Notes: a model not told the origin generated them from the sequence alone. A stretch of DNA of 63,883 bases from Candidatus Eiseniibacteriota bacterium (GCA_025357055.1 JANXPZ010000003.1:1-63883), one strand, 5' to 3'. Positions 9,171 to 18,664 are shown, counted from the stretch's first letter. Program-made: numbers and translations.

Positions 9171-9252
9171 ATGACTTGCGGCAATTCAGCATCAGCGGAC
9201 AAGGGCATGGCCTCTTGAGGCGTCACAACGTTCGCAGTACGGTCGGTTCCCG
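9171..9252. repeat. Right arm of the imperfect inverted repeat bracketing the low-GC cassette
   Basis: Reverse complement of the left arm (see 4216..4310). The outermost 12 nt, GGTCGGTTCCCG at 9241..9252, are perfect. Confidence 0.8.
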
Positions 9253-9499
9253 ACGAGACTCCGTCGACCGCGCCCCGCAAGTGGTTGTGAGGCATTGCAA
9301 CCAGGCTGATGCCTAACCACCGAAACCTATTTGGTCCGCTGGACAGGAACGCGTCAGACTAGTTTCGAGATGGGACCGAGTCAAGCACCACTCGGGCGCG
9401 GAAGCTGCATGCCAATCCAGGGTAGATGCGGCCACCGACACGGCGGCGCAAGCGAATCCCGGGCAGGGGCCTGGCCAGCGGGGAGCCCGGCGGGGCCGC

Positions 9500-10873
9500 T
9501 CAGGGCTTCGGTGGCCTGCGAGCCTCCAGCAGCCGCTCCCACTCCTTCATGCGCTCGGCAATCCGGGCCTCGTAGCCGGCTCCGCCGGGCTCGTAGAAGC
9601 GCCGTCCCACCAGCTCGTCGGGCAGGTGCTGCTGGTCGGCGATGCCCCCCTGCTCGTCGTGGGCGTAGCGGTAACCCTTGCCGTACCCGAGCTCCTTCAT
9701 GAGTCCCGTGGGGGCATTGCGGATGACCAGCGGCGGCGGCAGGCTGCCGCTCTCCTCCACCTCGGCCATGGCCTTGCGCAGGCCAACGTAGACGGCGTTG
9801 CTCTTGGGCGCGGTCGCGAGGTAGACGGCGCACTGCGCCAGCGCCAGCTCGCCCTCGGGCGTGCCGAGCTGGTGGTAGGCCTGGAAGGCGGCGACCGCGA
9901 GCGGAAGCGCATCCGGGTCGGCGTTGCCCACGTCCTCGCTGGCGAAGCGCACCAGCCGGCGCGCGACGTAGAGCGGGTCCTCGCCCGCCGCCAGCATGCG
10001 CGCCAGCCAGTAGAGCCCGGCGTGCGGGTCCGAGTCGCGCAGCGACTTGTGGAGCGCCGAGATCAGGTTGTAGTGCTCCTCGCCCGCGCGGTCGTAGCGC
10101 AGGTGGCGGCGCGCCAGGGCCTGCTTCACCACGTCCACGCTGATGCGCGCCGGCTCGCCCGGCGCCGCCGCGCCCACCGAGGCCGCAGCCAGCTCCAGCG
10201 TGTTGAGCGCGCGGCGGGCGTCGCCGTCGGCGCTCGCGGCGAGGAGCTCCAACGCGTCCGGCTCGACTGAGTATTCGCCGCGGAGCCCGCGTTCGCAGTC
10301 GCCCAGGGCGCGCTCGAGCAGGACCACGAGGTCCACGTTCCCCAGTTCCCTTAGCACGACCACGCGCATCCGCGACAGCAGCGCGGCGTTCACCTCGAAC
10401 GAGGGGTTCTCGGTGGTGGCGCCGATCAGCACGATGTCGCCCTTCTCGACGTACGAGAGGAAGGCGTCCTGCTGCGCCTTGTTGAAGCGGTGGATCTCGT
10501 CCACGAAGAGCAGCGTGGGCCGGCCCGAGCGCTTCCGCTCGAGCGTCGCCCGCTCCATGGTCTCCCGGACCTCCTTCACGCCCGAGAGCACCGCGCTGAA
10601 CGCCACGAAGGGGACCTGCGCGGTGGTCGCGACCAGGCGCGCGAGGGTGGTCTTGCCCGTGCCCGGCGGGCCCCAGAGGATGACCGAGGCGAGGTGGCGG
10701 CCGTCGCGCATCAGCGCGAGCGGCGAGCCGGGCGTGAAGAGCTGCGGCTGGCCGACCAGTTCGTCGAAGGAACGTGGTCGCATGCGGTCGGCCAGCGGCG
10801 TGCGGTCGGCGACTGGTTCGCCGGGCGCGGACTGCCCCTGCGACACATCGGGGCCGAAGAGATCGCCGGTCAT
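9500..10873 (-). CDS. rarA: Replication-associated recombination protein A (AAA+ ATPase RarA/MgsA)
   Basis: 457 aa. Walker A GPPGTGKTTLA, Walker B/sensor DEIHRFNKAQQD, C-terminal MgsA domain (HYNLISALHKSLRDSD, YWLARML). Confidence 0.9.
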   Translation of the reverse strand: MTGDLFGPDVSQGQSAPGEPVADRTPLADRMRPRSFDELVGQPQLFTPGSPLALMRDGRHLASVILWGPPGTGKTTLARLVATTAQVPFVAFSAVLSGVKEVRETMERATLERKRSGRPTLLFVDEIHRFNKAQQDAFLSYVEKGDIVLIGATTENPSFEVNAALLSRMRVVVLRELGNVDLVVLLERALGDCERGLRGEYSVEPDALELLAASADGDARRALNTLELAAASVGAAAPGEPARISVDVVKQALARRHLRYDRAGEEHYNLISALHKSLRDSDPHAGLYWLARMLAAGEDPLYVARRLVRFASEDVGNADPDALPLAVAAFQAYHQLGTPEGELALAQCAVYLATAPKSNAVYVGLRKAMAEVEESGSLPPPLVIRNAPTGLMKELGYGKGYRYAHDEQGGIADQQHLPDELVGRRFYEPGGAGYEARIAERMKEWERLLEARRPPKP

Positions 10874-11865
10874 GCCTGCTCCGGGTCTCCGGGGCCGGGG
10901 CCCGCGCCTGGACCGGCCGCGCCGGGAACGGACTTCTCCGTCGCGTCGCCCACGCCGGGAGGCTCCGGCGCACCCGCGGCATTCCCGGCCCGCGCGCCCG
11001 TGGCGAACAGCGGCCCGAGGTCGCCGGCGGCCGCGCTTTGCGGGTGCTTCGCGGCCCAGGCCAGGATCGCGCGCGCCGCCTCCTCGACCGTCACGGGACG
11101 CCCGAGCGCCACGCCGCGCTCCTCGAGCCGCTGGAACAACTCGGCCAGCACGGGCGGCTCGACGTTGCTGCGTCGCAGGAGCCCCGGATCCCGGAAGATC
11201 TCGCTCGGCGGCCCCTGAGCCACGATCTCGCCACCCCCGACCAGCACGTAGACCCGGTCGGCCATGACCGCCACGGCGTTGATGTCGTGCGTGGCCATCA
11301 CCAGCGAGACGCCCTGCTCGCGGTGCAGCCGGTTCAGCAGTTCGACCAGGTCGCTGCGGGAGGCGGGATCGAGCCCCTCGAACGGCTCGTCCAGCACCAG
11401 CAGCTCGGGCTCCAGCACCAGCGCCCCCGCGAGGGCGACCTTGCGCTTCTCGCCGCCCGAGAGGTGGTGGCAGACCTTGTGGCGCAGATGGCTGATGCCG
11501 ACCTGGTCCAGCGCCGCGCTCACCATGCGTTCGACCTCGGGCCCCGCATAGCCGTAGGAACGCGGCGAGAAGGAGACGTCGTCCCAGACCGTGGGCGCGA
11601 TGATCTGCTCGTCCACGTTCTGCATGAGCACGCCGATCCGCTCGCGGATGTGGTTGAAGTGCCGAGCCGGGTCCACGCCGAAGACGGTGACCTCACCCTC
11701 CCGCGGCTCGAGCAGCCCCAAGATATGGAAGAGCAGCGTGGTCTTGCCGCAGCCGTTCGGGCCCACCACCACCACGCGCTCGCCCGCGGCCACGACGAAG
11801 TCGAGCCCGCACAGGTGGACTTCGCTGCGGTCGGGATAGGTGTGGCGCACGCACGAGACGCGCAC
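10870..11865 (-). CDS. cbiO: ECF/cobalt-type ABC transporter ATP-binding protein
   Basis: Walker A GPNGCGKTT, signature LSGGEKRKV, Walker B LLVLDEP. Start set to the in-frame GTG at 11865, just after the cbiQ stop (start uncertain). Low-complexity Gly/Pro/Ala C-terminal tail. Confidence 0.8.
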   Translation of the reverse strand: MRVSCVRHTYPDRSEVHLCGLDFVVAAGERVVVVGPNGCGKTTLLFHILGLLEPREGEVTVFGVDPARHFNHIRERIGVLMQNVDEQIIAPTVWDDVSFSPRSYGYAGPEVERMVSAALDQVGISHLRHKVCHHLSGGEKRKVALAGALVLEPELLVLDEPFEGLDPASRSDLVELLNRLHREQGVSLVMATHDINAVAVMADRVYVLVGGGEIVAQGPPSEIFRDPGLLRRSNVEPPVLAELFQRLEERGVALGRPVTVEEAARAILAWAAKHPQSAAAGDLGPLFATGARAGNAAGAPEPPGVGDATEKSVPGAAGPGAGPGPGDPEQA

Positions 11866-11876
11866 GATCGGCTGGC

Positions 11877-12596
11877 TCAGGGCATCCTCCACAGCAGCAC
11901 CGCACCGGCGGTGACGATCAGCCCCGCCGCGGCGACCAGCAGGTCCGCCCGGGACCCCTCGGCGAAGTGATGGCAGCCGCAGATGCGGCCGCTGTGCCCG
12001 CGCAGCCGCATGGTGGCGTAGAGCCGCTCGCTGCGTTCGAAGCCGTACAGCACCATGGTGGCGAGACCCTCGCCGGCCAGCGTGAGACGCCGCCGCACCG
12101 GGCCGCTCGCGCCCCCGCGCAGGCGGAGCGCGCGCCACAGGCCACCGGTGCGGCCCATCAGCTCGAAGAGCGCGCGGTAGGTGAGGAAGAGACCGTCGCC
12201 CACGTTGCGCGGCAGCAGGCGCGAGAGCGGGGCGAAGAGATCCGGATAGGGCGTCGTGCCCACCAGCCACACCGCGACCAGGCTCGCCGTGAGGGGGCGC
12301 AGCAGCAATCGCAGCGGCGTCTCGACCGTGCCGTCCCAGCGCGCCAGCACGAAGAGCAGCGTGAAGGCGACCGGGTAGCCGGAGGCGACGAGCGTGAGGC
12401 GCCAGGGCAGCCGGGCCGTGAGCGCCAGCCCCCAGGCCACGGCATAGAGACCGGCGAGCAGCCAGAGCGAGGGCGCGAAGACCGCCAGCAGCACGAGCCC
12501 CGCAGCGAGCAGCAGCTTCGAGAGGGCGCTGGCCCGGTGCCAGGGTGTGCGCCCCGCGCTCGCCAGGTGGTCGATCTGCGCCAGAGTGTTGATCAC
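11877..12596 (-). CDS. cbiQ: ECF transporter transmembrane (T) component CbiQ
   Basis: Embedded in the over-long track ORF 11877..14000. GTG at 12596 overlaps the cbiM stop (GTGA). Polytopic membrane protein, VINTLAQIDHL...LTASLVAVWLVGTTPYPDLFAPLSRL, between cbiM and cbiO. Confidence 0.7.
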   Translation of the reverse strand: MINTLAQIDHLASAGRTPWHRASALSKLLLAAGLVLLAVFAPSLWLLAGLYAVAWGLALTARLPWRLTLVASGYPVAFTLLFVLARWDGTVETPLRLLLRPLTASLVAVWLVGTTPYPDLFAPLSRLLPRNVGDGLFLTYRALFELMGRTGGLWRALRLRGGASGPVRRRLTLAGEGLATMVLYGFERSERLYATMRLRGHSGRICGCHHFAEGSRADLLVAAAGLIVTAGAVLLWRMP

Positions 12597-13249
12597 CTCG
12601 ACGTCTCCACCGGGGTCGCACCGCCGGGGAGCAGGTCCGGGCGCACGCGGGTGATGAAGCGCGCTACCCCGAACGCCACCGCCGATTCGATCACGATCCC
12701 CGCCAGGTACAGGGGGAACGCCACTCCCGCGACCAGCTTCACCCGGTTCGGCCCGACCGCCTGGACGTGCAACGCCACCGCCATGACCGCCAGCCAGAGC
12801 GCCCCCGAGACGATCTGGGCCACCGCCGTGGCCGCCGTCATCGCGACCGGCGGTCCCCAGCGCCGCACGCAGGCCAGGTAGACCGGGCGCGCCAGCACCC
12901 CTCCCGCTCCGAGCACCAGGGCGTTGAGCCCCACGACCGTGAGCCCACCGTGACCCACCAGCGCCAGGATCGCGTTGGCCACGAACACCACCTGGAAGAT
13001 CGAGGCCGCGCCGAGCAGCACTCCCACGGGGCCCACCAGGGTGAGGTGGTAGTCCAGCGGGCCGAGCGGCAACTCCACCACCATCGCGGCCAGAACCAGC
13101 GCGCCCAGCGCGCTCTGATAGGCCAGCCGCTGGGGCGACGCTCCGCGCAGCACGCGCGCGCCCAGCACGAGCAGCAGCAGCGCCAGTCCCAGACCCGGTG
13201 CCCACAGCAGCGCGGGCAGCACCCCGTCGGGGATGTGCAGGTGGGACAT
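12593..13249 (-). CDS. cbiM: Cobalt/nickel ECF transporter substrate-capture component CbiM/NikM
   Basis: 218 aa. N-terminus MSHLHIPDG (family hallmark HIPDG). About 6 transmembrane segments. Operon with cbiQ and cbiO. Confidence 0.8.
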   Translation of the reverse strand: MSHLHIPDGVLPALLWAPGLGLALLLLVLGARVLRGASPQRLAYQSALGALVLAAMVVELPLGPLDYHLTLVGPVGVLLGAASIFQVVFVANAILALVGHGGLTVVGLNALVLGAGGVLARPVYLACVRRWGPPVAMTAATAVAQIVSGALWLAVMAVALHVQAVGPNRVKLVAGVAFPLYLAGIVIESAVAFGVARFITRVRPDLLPGGATPVETSR

Positions 13250-13963
13250 CTACTGGGCCCACGCCAGCACGGCGCCTACCGTCCGTGCCCCGGCCCCCGC
13301 CAGCGTCCCGAGGCAGGCCTCGAGCGTGGCGCCGGTGGTGAGTACGTCGTCCACGATGAGCACCTTCCGTTCCCGATAGCGCTGCGGCTCCCTCACCTGG
13401 AACGCGCCCGCCAGGTTGCGGCGGCGACGCTCGGGATCGAGCTGCGCCTGCGCCGGGGTGTGACGCACGCGCACCAGCACGTCCTCGAGCGCCGGCACAC
13501 CCAGCCGGCCCGCGAGCCCCACGGCCAGCTCCCAGGCCTGATTGTACCCCCGCTCGCGACGGCGCGCCGGGTGCAGCGGCACCGCGGTCACCAGGTCCGC
13601 CGCGAGCGCGGCGGGCAGGGCGCGGGCGAGCCGCTCGGCGAGGGCATCCGCAAGTCCGGGGCGCCCACCGTACTTGAGCGCGTGCACCAGCAGCGCCGCG
13701 CGTTCGTCGTAGACCAGGGCGGGCCAGACCTGCGCCTGCGGGTGGCGGCCGCAGCCGACCGGCTCCCGCCCGCGCACCAGGCAGCGCGCGCACAGCGCGA
13801 AGGAGAGCACCGGGACGTGTTCGCAGCAGGACCCGCACAGCAACCGCTCCGGCTCCGCGGGCTGACCGCAACCCGGACAGCGCTGCGGCAGGGCGAAGGC
13901 CTCGAGGTCCCGCACTCCGGACACGGCCGCGCGCAGCAGCGCCGGCGGCCTCATCGCGGCCAT
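13250..13963 (-). CDS. comF: ComF family protein (phosphoribosyltransferase-like)
   Basis: 237 aa. N-terminal Cys pairs CPGCG...CGSCC and PRTase motif VLIVDDVLTTGATL. Confidence 0.8.
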   Translation of the reverse strand: MAAMRPPALLRAAVSGVRDLEAFALPQRCPGCGQPAEPERLLCGSCCEHVPVLSFALCARCLVRGREPVGCGRHPQAQVWPALVYDERAALLVHALKYGGRPGLADALAERLARALPAALAADLVTAVPLHPARRRERGYNQAWELAVGLAGRLGVPALEDVLVRVRHTPAQAQLDPERRRRNLAGAFQVREPQRYRERKVLIVDDVLTTGATLEACLGTLAGAGARTVGAVLAWAQ

Positions 13964-14766
13964 CCCACCGCGGCGGCGAGCGGCGCGAGCGGCACCTCAC
14001 GCCCCGTCCAGAGCGCCAGCGAACACCGCGCCTGGAAGACCAGCAAGCCGAGCCCGTCCACCGCCTCGAGTCCGGCCGCGCGCGCCGAGCGCACCCACGG
14101 GGTCAGCTCGGGCCCGTACACCAGGTCCACCACCCGCGCGCCGCGCGGGACGAGGCCGAGGGCGCACGGCTCCTCGGGGCCCGTCAACGGCGTGGCGTTC
14201 ACCACCAGCTCCGCTCCCGCCAGTGCGGCCCGGCCTGCTTCGGAGTCCCAGCCCACCACCTGCGCCCCCGCGATCCCCTCCCACGCCGCCGAGGCCTCGC
14301 CGGGCCGGCGGGCCCACGCGGTCACGCGGGCGGCTCCGGCCTCCACCAGCGACAGGCCCAGACTGCGCGCCGCGCCTCCGGCACCGAGCAGAACCACGCT
14401 CGCCTTCCCGACTCCGACCCCCAGGTCCTCCATCAACGCCAGGAAACCCGCCCCGTCCGTGGTGTCGCCCCGCATGAGGCCCGGGCCGAAACGGACGGTG
14501 TTCACCGAGCCGGCACGCCGCGCCGCGTCCGAGGCTTCGGTCAGGTGCTCGAGCACCGCCCGCTTGAGCGGATGCGTCAGGTTCACGCCGCGGTAGCCGT
14601 CGGCCGCGAGCCGGGCGAGGGTCGCGCCCAGGCGCGATTGCGGCACGCGCAGCGCCTCCGACCCGCCCTGCATACCAAGCGCCTGAAGCCCCGCGCGGTG
14701 GAGGACCGGGGAGAGCGTGAAGGCCAGCGGATCGCCGAGCACCGCCAGCTTCACCGGCGCGCTCAC
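13951..14766 (-). CDS. aroE: Shikimate dehydrogenase
   Basis: Track ORF 13951..15489 is over-extended. GTG at 14766 overlaps the lgt stop (GTGA). Motifs: LSPVLH, GVNLTHPLK, NTV, VLLGAGGAARS, NATP. Confidence 0.8.
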   Translation of the reverse strand: MSAPVKLAVLGDPLAFTLSPVLHRAGLQALGMQGGSEALRVPQSRLGATLARLAADGYRGVNLTHPLKRAVLEHLTEASDAARRAGSVNTVRFGPGLMRGDTTDGAGFLALMEDLGVGVGKASVVLLGAGGAARSLGLSLVEAGAARVTAWARRPGEASAAWEGIAGAQVVGWDSEAGRAALAGAELVVNATPLTGPEEPCALGLVPRGARVVDLVYGPELTPWVRSARAAGLEAVDGLGLLVFQARCSLALWTGREVPLAPLAAAVGWPR

Positions 14767-15572
14767 GGAGGCGGCGAGCCGGGGGCTGCGGCCGTGCGCG
14801 ACCCGCGCCTCAGCCGCGCGATCATGAGCAGGGAGAAGAGCAGAAGCGCCGTGCTCGTGACCTGGCTCTCGCTGATGCGCACGACGCCGAATTCCACGAC
14901 CATGGCCTCGGCCTCGTAGACCCGCGTGAGGTCGAGCGGGATGCGCACCAGGGCCAGCAGCCCGATCAGGCTCCAGAGGAGCACGCCCGGCACCCTCACC
15001 CTGCGACGCACCGCCCAGCCCGCCAGGAACAGGAACAGGCCCGCCGCGGCGAAGTAGAGCTGCGCAGGATGCACCGGCACGGAGCCGAATTCGAGCCCCG
15101 CGAACGAGTCGGCCGGGAAGACGACGCCCCAGGGCAGGCGGGTGGGATGCCCGTAGCAGCAGCCGTTCAGGAAGCAGCCCACGCGGCCGAACACCGTGCC
15201 GAGCACCAGGGAGGGCGCCAGCGCATCGCCCGTCACCCACATGGGCAGGCCCGTGCGGCGCGCCACGAACAGCCCCGCCACGGTGCCCGCCACGATGCCG
15301 CCATAGAGGGTGAGCCCGCCCTGCCACAGCGCGGCCACGCTCAGGTAGGTGCCGCGGAAGTCCCGCAGGTGCTCGGCCACGTACAGCGCCCGCGCACCCG
15401 CCACCCCGGCCACCAGGGCGACCAGGATCACGGTCAGCACCCGGTCCTCGTCCAATCCCAGGCGGCGCGACTCGCGCAACGCGAGCCACGTGCCGACCAG
15501 GAACGCGATGGCCAGCATCAGGCCATACGAGGTGATGCGCAGCACTCCCCAGTGCAGGATCTCGGGATGCAC
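14763..15572 (-). CDS. lgt: Prolipoprotein diacylglyceryl transferase
   Basis: 269 aa. ITSYGLMLAIAF, GGLTLYGG, signature GRVGCFLNGCCYG, HPAQLY. GTG start. Confidence 0.9.
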   Translation of the reverse strand: MHPEILHWGVLRITSYGLMLAIAFLVGTWLALRESRRLGLDEDRVLTVILVALVAGVAGARALYVAEHLRDFRGTYLSVAALWQGGLTLYGGIVAGTVAGLFVARRTGLPMWVTGDALAPSLVLGTVFGRVGCFLNGCCYGHPTRLPWGVVFPADSFAGLEFGSVPVHPAQLYFAAAGLFLFLAGWAVRRRVRVPGVLLWSLIGLLALVRIPLDLTRVYEAEAMVVEFGVVRISESQVTSTALLLFSLLMIARLRRGSRTAAAPGSPPP

Positions 15573-15573
15573 G

Positions 15574-16800
15574 TCACAACTCCATGCGGCGGATGGCCAC
15601 GTTCTGGAGCAGTCCGATCTGGATGCCGTTCGCCACCAGCGCCGTGCCTCCGTAGGAGATGAACGGCAGGGGCAGCCCGGTCACGGGCGCCCAGCCGATG
15701 GTCATCAGGATGTTCACCATGATGTGATAGAAGAGCGCACTCATCACTCCCACGGCGACCAGGCTCGCGAAGCCGCTGCGGGCCACCAGCGCGAGCCGGA
15801 AGCCGCGCAGCACGAGCAACGCGTACAGTAGCACCACGGTCGCGGTCCCCAGCAATCCCCACTCCTCCCCCACCACCGAGAAGATGAAGTCGGTGTGTCG
15901 CATGGGCAGGAACGCCAGGCCCTTCTGCGTGCCCTTGAGGTAGCCCGTGCCCTTGAACCCGCCCGAGCCGATGGCGATCCGCGACTGGATGATCTGGTAC
16001 CCGGCACGGTACGGGTCCTCGCCCGGATTCATGAACGTCACGATGCGCCGCTTCTGGTAGTCGTGCATGTGGTTCCAGACGTGGGGCAGGGCGTAGCCCA
16101 CGCAGAAGTTGAGCAGCACCACCACGACCAGCGTCGCCAGCCTCGGCCGCACCGCGCCGAGCAGAACGACCACCAGCCCGGCCGACCACCACAACCCGCC
16201 CGTGAGGAAGAACAGCGCCGCGTTGAACACCGGCGACAGCCCGAGCAGGAGCTGGCCCACCGGCATGCCGGCCCAGAAGTACATGGCGATGAGGATCACG
16301 GGGAAGGTGAGCGAGGTCCCCAGGTCGGGCTGCTTCGCCACGAGCGCGAAGGGAAGCAGGACGATCAGCAGGGCGGGGAACCAGTGTTTGAAACGGCGCA
16401 GGTCGATCTTCTCCTGGTCGAAGCACCGGGCCAGGAGGATCACGGTCGCGACCTTGGCCAGCTCCGAGGGCTGGAAGTGCAGGGGGCCCAGGTCCAGCCA
16501 GCGCTTCGCCCCCATGGCGCTCGAGCCCTTCAGCAGCACCAGCACGAGCAGTCCCATCGCGATGATGTAGAGCGGCCAGGCCAGCGCGTCGTAGGCCCGG
16601 TAGTGGATGCTGGCCACGACCCAGGCCACGGCGACTGCGATCCCGGCCCAGGCCAACTGCCGCGTCCACAGACCCTGGTGGGCGCCCGGGATGGAGGTGG
16701 CGCTGTAGACCGTGAGCAGCCCCAGGCACACGAGCGCCAGGGCCGCCAGCAGCAGCGGCATGTCGAGCGCAGGCAGCCTCAGCCTTGACCTAGTCGGCAT
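15574..16800 (-). CDS. rodA: Rod-shape-determining protein RodA (SEDS family)
   Basis: Start placed at the ATG at 16800 (MPTRSRLRLPALDMPLLLAAL...TVYSAT); an alternative ATG lies at 16761. Motifs: FQPSELAKV, PDLGT, SGGFKGTG, HTDFIFS. Confidence 0.85.
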   Translation of the reverse strand: MPTRSRLRLPALDMPLLLAALALVCLGLLTVYSATSIPGAHQGLWTRQLAWAGIAVAVAWVVASIHYRAYDALAWPLYIIAMGLLVLVLLKGSSAMGAKRWLDLGPLHFQPSELAKVATVILLARCFDQEKIDLRRFKHWFPALLIVLLPFALVAKQPDLGTSLTFPVILIAMYFWAGMPVGQLLLGLSPVFNAALFFLTGGLWWSAGLVVVLLGAVRPRLATLVVVVLLNFCVGYALPHVWNHMHDYQKRRIVTFMNPGEDPYRAGYQIIQSRIAIGSGGFKGTGYLKGTQKGLAFLPMRHTDFIFSVVGEEWGLLGTATVVLLYALLVLRGFRLALVARSGFASLVAVGVMSALFYHIMVNILMTIGWAPVTGLPLPFISYGGTALVANGIQIGLLQNVAIRRMEL

Positions 16801-18664
16801 CCACCACCCCCGTGTCGACCACGGCCCGCCGGGCCGAGTCACGCGGCGCCGGCCGTGCCGCAGGCCGCTGCAGCGAGTCAGGCAGGAACAGCCGCCGCAG
16901 CATCGCGCCCGCCCGGGGCGCGCAGACGCTGCCCCCGTGACCGGCGTTCTCGATGACGATGGCCACCGCCACGCGCGGCGAATCCACCGGAGCGTAGCAG
17001 ACGAAGAGCGCATGGTCCTGGCCGTGCGGGTTCTGCGCCGTGCCGGTCTTGCCCGCCACGCGCAATCCCGGCACCCGCGCTGCGCCACCCGTGCCCGCGG
17101 CCACCACGAGCTCCATGCCCTCCTTCACCGGACGCCAGATCGCGGAGTCGGCCGGGAGCCCGGGCTGCACGGGCCGGGCCGGCCGGAAGGCCGGTGCGCG
17201 CCCCACGCGCTCGACGACATGCGGGCGCAGCGGCCGACCGTCCATCGCGGCTTCGGCGGTCATCAGGGCGAGTTGCAGCGGGGTCAGCAGCAGCTCGCCC
17301 TGCCCAATCGCGAGGTTGAGCAGCAACCCCGAGCGCCAGCCCCGCGCCCCCCAGCGCTTGTCGTAGTAGGCCGCGTCCGGAATGAGCCCCCGTGCCTCCT
17401 GGGGCAGGTCCACGCCGGTGCGCGCTCCGAGTCCCAGGGCCTTCGCGGTCTCCTCGAGCCTGGCCAGCCCCAGCTTGAGCCCCAGCTGGTAGAAATAGAC
17501 GTCACACGAGTGCTGGAGCGCCCCGATCAGGTCGAGGGAGCCGTGGCCGCGATGATCCCAGCAGCCGAACCGGCGCCCACCGTAGTTCAGGCCGCCGAGG
17601 CAGGGCGCGAAGCGCGTGCCGGCCCGGGCCACCCCGCGGGAGAGCGCCGCGCTCATCGTGACGATCTTGAACGTGGACCCGGGCGGATAGACGCCCTGGA
17701 TGGCCCGGTCCAGCAGAGGGTTGGCCCCACCCTCGCTCAGCTGCTTCCAGCGCGCGCGGGTGAGGCCGTGCGAGAACTCGTTCGGATCGTAGACCGGCCG
17801 GCTCACCATCGCGAGGATGCCGCCGTCGCGCGGGTCGAGCACCACCGCCGCGCCGCGCGGGACATCGGCCATGACTTCCTCGAGGGCGCGCTGCACCTTG
17901 AGGTCGAGAGTGAGCACCAGGTCCTGCCCGGGCACCGGCGCCAGCTCGCCGGACTCCTTGAGCGTGGAGACCCGCCGTCCGCGCGCGTTCACCACGACGT
18001 ATTCCACGCCATCCCGCCCGCGCAGGACGTCCTCGTACCTGCGCTCGACCCCCGTGCGGCCGATGAGGTCTCCCGGCTGGTAGCCCGCATCCTTGAGCGT
18101 GTCCAGCTCGGCGCCGTTGATCTCGCCCGCATAGCCCAGCAGGTGCGCGGCGAGCGTGCCGTGGGGGTAGCGTCGCAGCGGCTCCAACTGGACCTCGATG
18201 CCCGGCAGCTCGCTGCGGGTCTCCTCCACCCTCGCGAGGATCGCGAACGGGGCGTCGTGCTTGAGCATCGCGCTCTGGCCGCTCAGGTTGGCGAAGTTCA
18301 CCCGGCTCCGGACCTCGGCCGAGTCGAGCTCGACCAGGGCGCTGACGCGCGCGAGCCACGCCGGACTCATGGCCTCCAGCGCGCGCTGCGTGCTTTCGGC
18401 CGGGAAGGGCCGGAAGACGATGCCGAAGCTCGGGGAGCTGTCGGCGAGCAACTCGCCGTTCCGGTCGTAGATCGTCCCGCGGGGCGCCCGCAGCACCTCG
18501 GGCCGCACGCGGTTCTCCTTCGCCAGCCCGGCGTATCTCCCGCCGTCCAGGATCTGCAGGCGCACCAGGCCCAGCAGCGTCAGGCCGAAGCCCGTCAGCG
18601 TCAGGGCGACGAGCAGCCGATACCGCTGGTGCCTACGTTCGCGAAGTGGTTTCGATGGCAGCAC
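16790..18664 (-). CDS. mrdA: Penicillin-binding protein 2 (elongasome transpeptidase)
   Basis: Track ORF over-extended to 18901. Start tentatively the GTG at 18664 (VLPSKPLRERRHQRYRLLV). Motifs: RGTIYDRNGELLA, SxxK GSTFK, SCDVYFY, KTGTAQ. Confidence 0.85.
   Translation of the reverse strand: MLPSKPLRERRHQRYRLLVALTLTGFGLTLLGLVRLQILDGGRYAGLAKENRVRPEVLRAPRGTIYDRNGELLADSSPSFGIVFRPFPAESTQRALEAMSPAWLARVSALVELDSAEVRSRVNFANLSGQSAMLKHDAPFAILARVEETRSELPGIEVQLEPLRRYPHGTLAAHLLGYAGEINGAELDTLKDAGYQPGDLIGRTGVERRYEDVLRGRDGVEYVVVNARGRRVSTLKESGELAPVPGQDLVLTLDLKVQRALEEVMADVPRGAAVVLDPRDGGILAMVSRPVYDPNEFSHGLTRARWKQLSEGGANPLLDRAIQGVYPPGSTFKIVTMSAALSRGVARAGTRFAPCLGGLNYGGRRFGCWDHRGHGSLDLIGALQHSCDVYFYQLGLKLGLARLEETAKALGLGARTGVDLPQEARGLIPDAAYYDKRWGARGWRSGLLLNLAIGQGELLLTPLQLALMTAEAAMDGRPLRPHVVERVGRAPAFRPARPVQPGLPADSAIWRPVKEGMELVVAAGTGGAARVPGLRVAGKTGTAQNPHGQDHALFVCYAPVDSPRVAVAIVIENAGHGGSVCAPRAGAMLRRLFLPDSLQRPAARPAPRDSARRAVVDTGVVDAD

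Larger units (their letters stand above)
4216..9252 (-). other. Inverted-repeat-bracketed, lower-GC five-gene cassette (putative horizontally acquired module)
   Basis: Inverted-repeat arms at both ends. Five co-directional, tightly packed genes, each with a signal peptide. Composition is visibly more AT-rich than flanking apbC and rarA. No recombinase or transposase. Confidence 0.45.

Noticed and set aside
4190-9275. A target-site duplication flanking the inverted-repeat arms.
   Set aside because: The 15 nt outside each arm (TGATGCGGCATCAGC on the left, ACGAGACTCCGTCGA on the right) share no direct repeat. Classical transposition cannot be claimed.
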